Under the pieces are notes generated by a model, which was given only the letters and a program-made list of their open reading frames with translations, was not told where the DNA came from and made no database searches. DNA of 64,000 nt from a phage, in sequence record PZ495249.1, one strand, 5' to 3'. This document shows, in pieces, positions 1 through 8,639 of this stretch. The translations under genes and the position numbers were made by a program. Numbering within the stretch: position 1 is the stretch's first letter; each line of letters starts with the position of its first letter.

Positions 1-2
1 TG

Positions 3-503
3 GAAGATAACAGCAATCTTTTCAGACTTGTTCGCATTGAAAACAACGGTGATTGGGTGTTTAAGGGTGTAACAACAGGAACTACTCAATTCTCTGGTGC
101 TGATATGGTGAAAACTGGTGAAGCCGTTATTACGCCAATGTACCCAGTTCTTCAAACAGAAAAACCAAAACGTGCCAAACGTAAAAAGGGTGAACGAAAC
201 AAAGCCCCAACTGTAAATAAAGCGACAATTACTTTCACAAGTGGAGAGCAGTATACAGTGAAAGACTTTATTTCCATCGAAGTAACTGCTGAGAAGGTTG
301 TCTTTATCATGGAAGATAACTGGAAAGATACTGTAAACTACCGTCAAGCAATCACCGTACCTAATGATGATGTTGCGCGTGTCAAAGTCCGTGGTGTTAA
401 CCATCAATTTGAACTGGATATGTCACTCACCAACTTGGGGACTGTGATCCTCGAAGCTGAGGGTGCAGAAATGTACACATCCTCCATTAACATGACTGTA
501 TAA
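3..503 (+). CDS. hypothetical protein, 5' end probably outside the window
   Basis: ORF 57..503 stays open in frame back to base 3; next gene starts 10 nt downstream with its own RBS. Confidence 0.5.
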   Translation, partial: EDNSNLFRLVRIENNGDWVFKGVTTGTTQFSGADMVKTGEAVITPMYPVLQTEKPKRAKRKKGERNKAPTVNKATITFTSGEQYTVKDFISIEVTAEKVVFIMEDNWKDTVNYRQAITVPNDDVARVKVRGVNHQFELDMSLTNLGTVILEAEGAEMYTSSINMTV

Positions 504-513
504 GGAGAAAGAA

Positions 514-1617
514 ATGTCTAAGAGTCCATTCCTGAATGCCGTGAAAGGCAATAAGCATGGTGCAAGTGTTCTGACCACTGTTGATGACAAACGCTCTGCA
601 CTGGCTCCAAGTGTGCTGGAAGCAAGCCCTGTGTTTGCTCCGGCAGTTGTTAAACCTGTACCTGCTCTTCCTGCAATGAGCCGCAAGGAGATTGATGGAG
701 TGGGCGCTGAGGCAGGACTAACTCTGCGTAGCCTCAACAGCGAAGTGCTGAAACACCAACGTGGTAATCAAGGCGGGGAGATGAATGAACGCCTCACTGC
801 CCTGATTAAACAGGCTAAACAGCTTGATCCTTCTTCAATCAAGCAGTCAAAAGGCGTTGGTAAATTCATCAAGAAGATCATGGGGCTGAAAGAAGATCTG
901 TTTGCTGAGTACGACAACGTTAACAACCGTATTGATGTTCTGGTGAAAGAACTGGAAGGTGATGTACGTAAAGAGGAAGATTCACTTGTCTATCTGGAAA
1001 AACTGAAATCCGCTATTGCTCAGTACGCCATGAGCCTTAACCGTGATGTGGAACTCCTGACGGACACCTACGCAAAAGAGGAAGCACGTTTCTTGAATAC
1101 ACCAGAGGAACAAGTGGAAACTCGTACCGAGATCCGTGATACCCTGGATATTCTGGAGATTCGTATTGCTGACCTTAAAGCACTGCGTCTGCTGTGTGTT
1201 CAGATGGGACCACGAGTGAACAGTATGATCAAGGTTAGCGAGATGCTTATGCGATCTGCTCGTAACATAGTGAACAACGTTATTCCGGCTTACTCTGCAA
1301 ACTTCTCAATGTATATTGAGAGCTTACGCCAGGCAGAAGCTGGTAAAACTCAGGCTAATGTGTTGGATGAATTCAACACTGCAATTCAAATGGGGAGCGA
1401 TTTGGCTGCACAAAACATTATCAATGCTACGGCTCTGTCTAACCGTCAGATTCTGGACATTGAAACCCTGCGTAAAGATCAGGAAAACCTGGTTAAAATG
1501 CTGGAAGAAACCAACCGCATCAATACCGAGGCTCGCGCCGCTCGTATTGATTACATCAACGAGGTTCAATCCCTGGAAGATGGGATGATCCAAAAAGTCA
1601 AATCTGGCTTAGTGTAA
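514..1617 (+). CDS. TelA-like (toxic anion resistance family) protein, tentative
   Basis: 367 aa, coiled-coil-rich all-alpha protein of typical TelA length; sits directly upstream of a vWA and a TerD gene; RBS aaggagaaagaa before ATG; no motif-level confirmation. Confidence 0.4.
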   Translation: MSKSPFLNAVKGNKHGASVLTTVDDKRSALAPSVLEASPVFAPAVVKPVPALPAMSRKEIDGVGAEAGLTLRSLNSEVLKHQRGNQGGEMNERLTALIKQAKQLDPSSIKQSKGVGKFIKKIMGLKEDLFAEYDNVNNRIDVLVKELEGDVRKEEDSLVYLEKLKSAIAQYAMSLNRDVELLTDTYAKEEARFLNTPEEQVETRTEIRDTLDILEIRIADLKALRLLCVQMGPRVNSMIKVSEMLMRSARNIVNNVIPAYSANFSMYIESLRQAEAGKTQANVLDEFNTAIQMGSDLAAQNIINATALSNRQILDIETLRKDQENLVKMLEETNRINTEARAARIDYINEVQSLEDGMIQKVKSGLV

Positions 1618-1626
1618 GGAGAAAAC

Positions 1627-1833
1627 ATGCGAATTCGTATTTATAAACTGGAAGATGGGTATGTAGCTGTTCGTTATGATGATGAAGAGCAGTTTGCAGG
1701 GAACAGTGATCATATTTTATCTTTCCCTAATCTGGAGCCTGTGTTGGCTGTTGGTCGTGAACTCTATGGTTATGACCAGTGTTCAGCAGAACGCTTTGAT
1801 GAACTTGAGTTGGTCAAGGAGTTTGAGGTATGA
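1627..1833 (+). CDS. hypothetical small protein
   Basis: 68 aa ORF; RBS ggagaaaac before ATG; tightly packed with neighbours. Confidence 0.45.
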   Translation: MRIRIYKLEDGYVAVRYDDEEQFAGNSDHILSFPNLEPVLAVGRELYGYDQCSAERFDELELVKEFEV

Positions 1834-2069
1834 AGATTGCTCTCGTAATTGCCGATTGCGGTGATGGTAGCGCCACTATTCGTTTCTTCAAAGATGTTGA
1901 CTTTGCGGAGAAGATCGCTTACCATGATTACTTCTGTGAAGAGTTAGCAATGAGCGAAGGTGGAACAATCATCGAAGTGCCTGATGACTTCAAACCACCC
2001 GCTGGTTGGTCAGATCAAGACTATCGTGAAGAAGTAGAACGTGCAGGGTTGGATTTAGACGATGAGTGA
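1830..2069 (+). CDS. hypothetical small acidic protein
   Basis: 79 aa ORF; ATGA start/stop overlap with upstream gene. Confidence 0.45.
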   Translation: MKIALVIADCGDGSATIRFFKDVDFAEKIAYHDYFCEELAMSEGGTIIEVPDDFKPPAGWSDQDYREEVERAGLDLDDE

Positions 2070-2268
2070 TAAAATTGTCTTGACACGCGAAGAGTTGAAG
2101 ACTATCATTGAAGACGCATTCATAGATGGTTGGAAGCAAGGGCAAGAATCGGATTGGTACGATGCAGAAGACTTTTTGCACTACCACGCCAATCCAGATG
2201 GTTCTGAGGAAGAAACTCAGTCTGAAACAACCATCGCAATCAAAAACTTAATGGAGGAAAAATTATGA
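2062..2268 (+). CDS. hypothetical small protein
   Basis: 68 aa ORF overlapping the stop of the upstream gene. Confidence 0.45.
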   Translation: MSDKIVLTREELKTIIEDAFIDGWKQGQESDWYDAEDFLHYHANPDGSEEETQSETTIAIKNLMEEKL

Positions 2269-3059
2269 GCGAGAAAATTAGTCTGGTGAAACGTCAGGAA
2301 CAACTGGTAATCAGCCTGAAAAAGAAAAAGATTGCACAGATCGTACTGCGCGTTGCATCTGCACTGGATATCTCCGGTAGTATGCACAGCCTATATCGTA
2401 ACGGGACTGTTAGCGATTTCGTTGGTAAACTCCTGCCGTTCGGTATGCAGTTTGACGATAACCAGCAGATCGATATGTGGGCGTTCAACAACTACTCTTC
2501 TGAACTGCCGCCAGCTACCGCTGACGTGTACGATGACTATGTAGGTAAATGTATGCGTAACGTATCCATCAATGGTGGCACGAGCTACGCACCAGTTATC
2601 CAGGCGATCTACGACGAATACTTTGGCTCTACGCCAATGAAAACTGTATCTCGTGAAGTTGAGGTACAAGAGCAGCGTCCGGTGAGCGGTTTCTTTGCCA
2701 AACTGACAGGTAAAACTGAAACCGTTACTGTCAAGAAAACGATCACAGAACAAGTACCAGATACCTCTGCGCCTGTGGATACCACACCTGCAATGGTGTT
2801 CTTCCAGACTGATGGTGAGAACAATGACGAATCCGCAGTACGCGCTGTACTGAACCGTAACAAAGGTAAACCTATCTACTGGTTCATGGTTGGTGTTGGT
2901 AATGCTCGCTTTAGCTTCCTGAAAGCTCTGGCAAATGAATACGATAACGTAGCTTTCATCGGCATTGATGACCTGGATCTGTCTGACGAGCAACTCTATG
3001 ACAAACTGCTGTCTGATGAGTTTGGTCAGTGGGTTGAGAAAGTAGGTGCAAAAAACTAA
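2265..3059 (+). CDS. von Willebrand factor A domain protein with TerD-like N-terminal ISLxK motifs
   Basis: MIDAS DISGS, then GGTSYAPVIQA and FFQTDGENND vWA motifs; N-terminus MSEKISLVK...ISLKK resembles the TerD N-terminus of the next gene; RBS ggagg. Confidence 0.75.
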   Translation: MSEKISLVKRQEQLVISLKKKKIAQIVLRVASALDISGSMHSLYRNGTVSDFVGKLLPFGMQFDDNQQIDMWAFNNYSSELPPATADVYDDYVGKCMRNVSINGGTSYAPVIQAIYDEYFGSTPMKTVSREVEVQEQRPVSGFFAKLTGKTETVTVKKTITEQVPDTSAPVDTTPAMVFFQTDGENNDESAVRAVLNRNKGKPIYWFMVGVGNARFSFLKALANEYDNVAFIGIDDLDLSDEQLYDKLLSDEFGQWVEKVGAKN

Positions 3060-3068
3060 AAATAGTTG

Positions 3069-3096
3069 TTGACTTACCCGAAGAAATACGTAGAAT
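3069..3096 (+). promoter_or_regulatory. sigma70-like promoter TTGACT-N16-TAGAAT upstream of terD
   Basis: -35 TTGACT at 3069..3074, -10 TAGAAT at 3091..3096. Confidence 0.45.
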
Positions 3097-3109
3097 AGAT
3101 TACATCAAA

Positions 3110-3130
3110 GGGGAAGAGCGGTTCTTCCCC
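3110..3130 (+). promoter_or_regulatory. leader hairpin in the terD 5' UTR
   Basis: Perfect 8 bp stem GGGGAAGA/TCTTCCCC with loop GCGGT between the promoter and the RBS. Confidence 0.4.
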
Positions 3131-3164
3131 CCAGTAAATGAAAACAGAAAGAAGGAGAACATAC

Positions 3165-3767
3165 ATGTCTGAGAAAATTTCCCTGAAAAAAGGTTCCACC
3201 GAAAAGATCTCCCTGAAAAAGATCGCACCTCTGCTGAAAGAGATTCGTCTGGAATTCTCCTGGAAATCATCCACTAAACTGGATCTGGACGTAAGCGCAC
3301 TGGTGTGCCGTCATAATGCCTCTGGTAATCCAGAAATGCTGTCTGCCCGTCACCTGGTTTGCTATGCAAACAAAGTTGATCCAGAGCGTTCAACCTTCGC
3401 TGGCGAAGATGTTCGTGATGGTACTGGCAACCTGGAGCAGATCGATGTTACTCTGAGTAAAATCTCCCAGAATGCAGATGAAATTGCATTCGTGATCACC
3501 ATCGACGATGAAACTGGTCAGAAGCGCCTCGGTCATGCCTCCGAAGGTATGCTGAAAATCTTCGACGCAGAACGTAACGTCGAGATCCTGGACTTTGACT
3601 TCCTTGCACCGGAAGTTGCTGGTAACACCATCTGTCACGTAGCTTCGCTGGTTCGCGAAGATGGCGAATGGAAACTGAAAGCCTACGGTGTTGGTAAAGC
3701 AGGTATGGATATCTGTGATGTGGTGGTAGCATTCGGTGGTGACGTCAACTGGTTTGACTGCCCGTAA
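3165..3767 (+). CDS. terD: TerD-family protein (tellurite resistance / stress response)
   Basis: Protein-level resemblance to E. coli TerD as recalled: MSEKISLKKG...ISLKK, DLDVSALVC, DGEWKLKAYGVGKAG; RBS agaaggagaa before ATG at 3165 (ORF track start 3138 is upstream of the RBS). Confidence 0.85.
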   Translation: MSEKISLKKGSTEKISLKKIAPLLKEIRLEFSWKSSTKLDLDVSALVCRHNASGNPEMLSARHLVCYANKVDPERSTFAGEDVRDGTGNLEQIDVTLSKISQNADEIAFVITIDDETGQKRLGHASEGMLKIFDAERNVEILDFDFLAPEVAGNTICHVASLVREDGEWKLKAYGVGKAGMDICDVVVAFGGDVNWFDCP

Positions 3768-3782
3768 GGATTAATCTGCCAC

Positions 3783-3800
3783 GGAGGGCGCAAGCCCTCC
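3783..3800 (+). terminator. GNRA-tetraloop hairpin after terD (terminator or processing site)
   Basis: GGAGGGC-GCAA-GCCCTCC; no T tract follows. Confidence 0.35.
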
Positions 3801-3828
3801 CCACTGAAACTTAAAGAAGGAGAATAAA

Positions 3829-4482
3829 ATGAGTGCATTAGAGAAACTGCGTAGCCTGTTCGAAGAAGATTTTGTTATTGATGTGGACTACAACGCAGCT
3901 AAGAGCCGCAAAGCTACAGCTTTATTTCAAGATGTAAGGGATATGGGTATTCATTTCACCGTCTGCGAGAATTTTGAAGATACTTGGATGGGTAAAACTG
4001 GTTTCACAATTGATAACTGGAACTATATGGGTATCAAAGACGGTGACACCGAGATCGATGACTGCGACTGGAGTGATCGTGATCCTCTCGAAGTAGAAGA
4101 GTTTGAAGAGATGGTTAGTGCAGCAATATCGGAATTCCAGTATCTGCAAAGTTTACCATCTTCAACCACTCTTGCAGTAGGTGTAAATACTGCTCCAGTG
4201 GCAATCGTGTTGGGTGATAATCTGGTAGTTAGCGGTGGTGTAGTTGTCGTCAACTATAAAAACGGTAGTTCTTACCACCTGGAACATGACGGTAAAGCTA
4301 CTCTGATCGTCGCAGACAAGGTGGTAGTCACAGAGCGTACTTTCCTGAAAGATGGTCAACCAGCCTACGAGCGTGTGACTGTCAAACTGGAATCTCTGGA
4401 TAATATTCAGAGCGACACCCTCAAGCTCACCGTCCTTGAAGATGGCGCTAAAGTGGACTTCACCACCACTTTCACACTGTAA
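3829..4482 (+). CDS. hypothetical protein
   Basis: 217 aa ORF; RBS aaggagaa; followed by an intrinsic terminator. Confidence 0.5.
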   Translation: MSALEKLRSLFEEDFVIDVDYNAAKSRKATALFQDVRDMGIHFTVCENFEDTWMGKTGFTIDNWNYMGIKDGDTEIDDCDWSDRDPLEVEEFEEMVSAAISEFQYLQSLPSSTTLAVGVNTAPVAIVLGDNLVVSGGVVVVNYKNGSSYHLEHDGKATLIVADKVVVTERTFLKDGQPAYERVTVKLESLDNIQSDTLKLTVLEDGAKVDFTTTFTL

Positions 4483-4485
4483 CAT

Positions 4486-4511
4486 GAGAGGGGCGAAAGC
4501 CCCTTTCTCTT
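4486..4511 (+). terminator. intrinsic terminator
   Basis: AGGGGC-GAAA-GCCCCT followed by TTCTCTT. Confidence 0.55.
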
Positions 4512-4569
4512 GCAAAATCCTCCCTCCTGTGATAGAATAATAGTTCGTAAAACAAAAAGGAGGCAAAAT

Positions 4570-5094
4570 TTGCTGATACGAAACTTTGTAACAATTGCGT
4601 TACTATCATTAACTGCTTTTACATTTACACCTGTAATCGGCGTTGCCGAAGCTGCAAACGTAAAGACCGCTAAAGTAGTCCACAAGTGTACAAAGCGAGA
4701 TACGAAAGAAAATCTTTTAGCTTGTGCAATGTACGCAGAGAGCCGTAACCAAGGAAAGAAAGGAATGGCTGCTGTCGGTAATGTTGTTCTGAATCGTGTT
4801 AACGATCCTCAGTTCCCTAAGACCGTCAAAGGTGTTCTCTTCCAACCAGGACAATTCTCATACACGTATAAAGGCGCATTTAATGTCGTCGAAAAGGACA
4901 GATGGCAGGAGGCAAAGCATATTGCTGATCGCTTAATCTACCTTGATAAGAACTTCCCCGAAGCTCGTGATGCAACAGATGTAACGAAAGGGGCTAAGTA
5001 TTTCAAAAAGAAGAATATCCGTACCCATTGGGAGAAGGATATGATCTTGGTGTACCGTTACAAGGAACATCAATTCTATATACCTAAGAGCTAA
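4570..5094 (+). CDS. SleB-like cell-wall hydrolase with N-terminal signal peptide (candidate secreted endolysin)
   Basis: AMYAESRNQ...GNVVLNRV...FPKTV...QPGQFS resembles the Hydrolase_2/SleB family; predicted signal peptide MLIRNFVTIALLSLTAFTFTPVIGVAEAA; probable TTG start at 4570 after RBS aggagg. Confidence 0.6.
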   Translation: MLIRNFVTIALLSLTAFTFTPVIGVAEAANVKTAKVVHKCTKRDTKENLLACAMYAESRNQGKKGMAAVGNVVLNRVNDPQFPKTVKGVLFQPGQFSYTYKGAFNVVEKDRWQEAKHIADRLIYLDKNFPEARDATDVTKGAKYFKKKNIRTHWEKDMILVYRYKEHQFYIPKS

Positions 5095-5103
5095 GGAGAA
5101 AAT

Positions 5104-5385
5104 ATGCAGGATAGACATGTAGTGGTGGCGAGTTATTTGATGATTGGACTCACTGAGGAGGATGCTCTGTACATCCGTAAACACCTCGAAAGTTATGGTC
5201 AGATGTTCGTGGAGGAAGATGAGAACCCAAACGTGTTTCACGTAGAGGTTATTCACGACTCTATCTATCCTTGCATAGCTCTCAAGGTTGATGCAGAGGT
5301 GTGGGAACGTTTTTCACGATCTCACGACATGGTAGAACTCAGTGCTACGATGGCACAGAATAACATCTTGGGAGCAGTACATTGA
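5104..5385 (+). CDS. hypothetical protein
   Basis: 93 aa ORF; RBS aaggagaaaat. Confidence 0.45.
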   Translation: MQDRHVVVASYLMIGLTEEDALYIRKHLESYGQMFVEEDENPNVFHVEVIHDSIYPCIALKVDAEVWERFSRSHDMVELSATMAQNNILGAVH

Positions 5386-5609
5386 TGGCAGATATCATCG
5401 AAGTTAATTTTCGTACTAAGAAACGTATTGAGAAGTACACAATCCTGAAAAATGTTTGCGTTGTGTGTTTCAACAGTGTAATCTATGACTCTCGTCGGGA
5501 AGATAACTCCCCGTATATTGAACTTGAAAAGAACAAAGGCAATTGTATCTGTAAAGATTGTGCCGTAGCCATTAAGGAGGTTGTTGATGCAAACGAATGG
5601 GACAAATGA
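5382..5609 (+). CDS. hypothetical small Cys-rich protein
   Basis: 75 aa ORF with CVVC...CICKDC spacing suggesting a zinc-binding fold; ATGA overlap with upstream gene. Confidence 0.4.
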   Translation: MMADIIEVNFRTKKRIEKYTILKNVCVVCFNSVIYDSRREDNSPYIELEKNKGNCICKDCAVAIKEVVDANEWDK

Positions 5610-5784
5610 TGTAGAGGTGTTTGATGACCTGACTCAGGTGACAGACGAGAAGCTCTTGAAGCTGCGCGATGTGGCTGGTGATCATCTCCAGGAGACTTTC
5701 ACAGAGTACATGGCTGCACGAGATCGCTCTATTGCCATTCAGTTGGAGCTACAGAATCGTGGCATTGTGAAGCCTAAAGATTAA
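5581..5784 (+). CDS. hypothetical small protein
   Basis: 67 aa ORF. Confidence 0.35.
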   Translation: MLMQTNGTNDVEVFDDLTQVTDEKLLKLRDVAGDHLQETFTEYMAARDRSIAIQLELQNRGIVKPKD

Positions 5785-5846
5785 TAGGCAATACCGATTG
5801 GACATTTCCACTGATCGGTGCTAAATTAACATTACAGGAGGGAGAA

Positions 5847-6410
5847 ATGATCTTCCACATTACTCCCTATCTTTCTGGTGATATCGGCAAAGGCATCAAC
5901 GATACCATCCGTGAACTGCCGGAAGATAGTTGGATTTGCTTGAGGGATATCGACACGATGTTCCTACTACCAGAACAACCGATGTGGCTTGAAACCCTCG
6001 TCCGTTCTAACCCAGAGTATGATGTTATTGGTGCATCATGCAACCGCTTGGGATCTACTTACCAATTGTTCGGTAACGAAATAAGTGACGATTCAGACAT
6101 ACGCAATCACATAGAAATTGCGAAAGCAGCCCGAACAGCCTGGGGCAATAGCATTGAAGATGTTCCTCTGGGAGTACCACTTGCAGGATTCTTCTTATTA
6201 TTCAGGAAGAGTTTGTGGCAAGAAATTCCATTCGAAGAAAGATCTATTCAATTCGATTTAATCTTCTCTAATACTCTACACGCAGCAGGAAAGCGATTAG
6301 GAATCATGCGAGGAATGTATCTGTTCCATACTTATCGTCTTGGAGCAATCGATCCACGTAGAGCCATTTCGCATCTCATTCACTGCCAGGATATGGAGAA
6401 GGTAATATGA
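5847..6410 (+). CDS. hypothetical protein, possible small GT-A-like glycosyltransferase
   Basis: 187 aa; RBS ggagggagaa; DxD-like RDID motif; first gene of a three-gene block. Confidence 0.3.
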   Translation: MIFHITPYLSGDIGKGINDTIRELPEDSWICLRDIDTMFLLPEQPMWLETLVRSNPEYDVIGASCNRLGSTYQLFGNEISDDSDIRNHIEIAKAARTAWGNSIEDVPLGVPLAGFFLLFRKSLWQEIPFEERSIQFDLIFSNTLHAAGKRLGIMRGMYLFHTYRLGAIDPRRAISHLIHCQDMEKVI

Positions 6411-6436
6411 TTGATAATTTAAGGAGGATGTTAAAC

Positions 6437-7405
6437 ATGCTTGTTCATAAGCCCCGCTTATATTGTGATAACAAGTTAGGGAGTGGGTGCGACTATCACC
6501 GAGTGGTGATGCCTTTTGCTGATAATAAATTCAAACCAAAAGAGAATGTATTGGTGTTCAACCGTATTTATTCTCGTGGTGCAGAAGAGGTTCGCCGTCT
6601 GAAAGAGCGTGGTGTTAAAGTGGTAGTAGATTTAGATGACTTCTATGAACTTAACCCTGAGCATTACCTGGCAAGCGTGTTCACAAGTCACACACAGAAC
6701 ATCATTGACATGGTGAAATTAGCAGATATTGTTATCGTCACCACTGAATATCTGGCTTACAAGGTAAGGCCACTGAATAGAAATGTGGTGGTTATCCGTA
6801 ACGCACTGCCTTTCGACACTGGTCAGTTTACCCTGAGTGAAGATAAAGAGTCAGACACTCCGCTGATATGGGCGGGTGGTGCAAGTCACTATCCTGATCT
6901 ATCTCTTGTCTCGAACAGTTTTGATGATGATTTGTTAACAATTGCCGGATATGAAGAGCACAAGTCTGCTCCTGCTGGTAGTCATCAGCAATTGACAACT
7001 GCCGAGTGGAGAAAAGTCAGACGTAAGCTACCAAATGCACAATACAAACCAGCAGTACATCATTTAGGCGAGTATATGTCGGTGTACGATGGTCATGCCG
7101 TAGCTATTGCTCCCTTGGTTGATAACGACTTCAATGCTTGTAAAAGCAACTTGAAGATCCTGGAGGCAGGAGCTAAGGGACTACCTATCATTTGTTCTAA
7201 GGTGTTACCATATTATAATCCGGTGGATGCTAACGTGGTGTTTTATGCTGAATCCCGCGCAGAATGGCACTACGAGGTGGTGAAACTTCTTCGTAATCCA
7301 AACTACGCAGAGGATCGTGGTTTAATGCTTGCAGAACACGTCAGAACACATTACAATCTTGATGATGCAAATGAATTGCGCCGACAAGTGATCGAAAGTT
7401 TATAA
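6437..7405 (+). CDS. putative GT-B glycosyltransferase, paralog A
   Basis: Shares DGH.V.IAPLVDN.FN.(A/C)KSNLKILEAGAKGLP.ICS and MDLDD blocks with the next gene; start chosen at third in-frame ATG by RBS spacing (6407 and 6428 also possible). Confidence 0.5.
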   Translation: MLVHKPRLYCDNKLGSGCDYHRVVMPFADNKFKPKENVLVFNRIYSRGAEEVRRLKERGVKVVVDLDDFYELNPEHYLASVFTSHTQNIIDMVKLADIVIVTTEYLAYKVRPLNRNVVVIRNALPFDTGQFTLSEDKESDTPLIWAGGASHYPDLSLVSNSFDDDLLTIAGYEEHKSAPAGSHQQLTTAEWRKVRRKLPNAQYKPAVHHLGEYMSVYDGHAVAIAPLVDNDFNACKSNLKILEAGAKGLPIICSKVLPYYNPVDANVVFYAESRAEWHYEVVKLLRNPNYAEDRGLMLAEHVRTHYNLDDANELRRQVIESL

Positions 7406-7413
7406 GGAGTTCT

Positions 7414-8358
7414 ATGCCTAACATTGTGCTTGACACACGCGACGGACATAATTATAGTGTCTGTGATTTCCATAGAATTATCCTTCCATACAAACGAGCG
7501 CTCACCATTAACCCACAACACAATATCTTCGTGTTCAATGGTGTGCCTACTCGTGGGAAGTCAGGATTCCTGGCTCTCAAACAACTTGGTTTCAAAATGG
7601 TTATGGATCTTGATGACTCTCTACATATTCCAGAAGGACATATGCTTGAGGACTTGTTTGATACCCGTATCCGTGATGACCTCAAGTGGTTTTTGGAACG
7701 GAGTGATTTGGTAACAACAACTACTCCTGCTCTCCAGAAAGAACTCTCAGAATATAATGACAACGTGCATATTGTGCCGAATGGTTTGCCTTTCGATGAA
7801 TGGCAATTCACCATAACAAAGGATCGTTATTCTAAGAGTCCACTGGTGTGGGCTGGCAGTGAAACCCATAAACATGACTTGGCAATCCTACCGCCCCTCG
7901 GTAAGATGCTAACACTCTGCGGATTCCGTAGAGACAAAGAAGAGCTAAGTAGCTTGCAATGGATATTGATACGAGAAGATATTCAACCTGATTGTATCTA
8001 TGAAGGTGTCCGACCATACGCCACTTACATGGAATCGTATGACGGTCATCAGGTGAGCATTGCTCCACTTGTGGATAATCCTTTTAATAATGCAAAAAGC
8101 AATCTCAAGATTCTTGAGGCTGGAGCCAAAGGCTTACCGCTGATTTGTTCTCCTCGTGAGAATTATTTCACCGAAGAGTTTAAGGATCTGGTTTACTTTG
8201 CCGATTCATTATCCGAATGGAAAGATCTGGTAGAATACTTAGTAGAGTCTCCAGATATTTGTGTTGAAAAGGGAATGGCCTTAGCCAAATATGTACGTGC
8301 TCAATACAGTATTGACGCATTAAACGAGACTCGTAGATTACTTATTGAGAGGTTGTAA
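7414..8358 (+). CDS. putative GT-B glycosyltransferase, paralog B
   Basis: Tandem paralog of 6437..7405 with the same conserved C-terminal block. Confidence 0.5.
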   Translation: MPNIVLDTRDGHNYSVCDFHRIILPYKRALTINPQHNIFVFNGVPTRGKSGFLALKQLGFKMVMDLDDSLHIPEGHMLEDLFDTRIRDDLKWFLERSDLVTTTTPALQKELSEYNDNVHIVPNGLPFDEWQFTITKDRYSKSPLVWAGSETHKHDLAILPPLGKMLTLCGFRRDKEELSSLQWILIREDIQPDCIYEGVRPYATYMESYDGHQVSIAPLVDNPFNNAKSNLKILEAGAKGLPLICSPRENYFTEEFKDLVYFADSLSEWKDLVEYLVESPDICVEKGMALAKYVRAQYSIDALNETRRLLIERL

Positions 8359-8627
8359 TGAACACATTCGATTTTGAATATAACTTGCCGTCCGGCACTC
8401 CTGTAATTGTCGAAGTAGATTTCTTCTACGAAGAACCAAATCCATTGTCTCGTGAAAGTGATTGGGACTTCTACGGTGGACTCATCATTGATGATGTTCG
8501 TGTCTATGATGGAATGGAAGAAATATCCAACGTAAGTATTACAGGTGCAGAAATAGCTTTCCAATTTAAGAAATACAAGGAAGACTTGGAACTTAATTAT
8601 GTAATGGAGAGCAACGAATATTTTTAA
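8358..8627 (+). CDS. hypothetical small protein
   Basis: 89 aa ORF; start overlaps upstream stop. Confidence 0.4.
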   Translation: MNTFDFEYNLPSGTPVIVEVDFFYEEPNPLSRESDWDFYGGLIIDDVRVYDGMEEISNVSITGAEIAFQFKKYKEDLELNYVMESNEYF

Positions 8628-8639
8628 CAGGAGAAACCA

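Noticed and set aside
2391-2993. 200 aa minus-strand ORF inside the vWA gene, plus similar antisense ORFs such as 9801..10358, 11283..11852, 20785..21012 and 42153..42944
   Set aside because: They lie antisense within genes that have strong RBSs and recognisable motifs, have no RBS of their own and have low-complexity composition; treated as frame-shadow ORFs.
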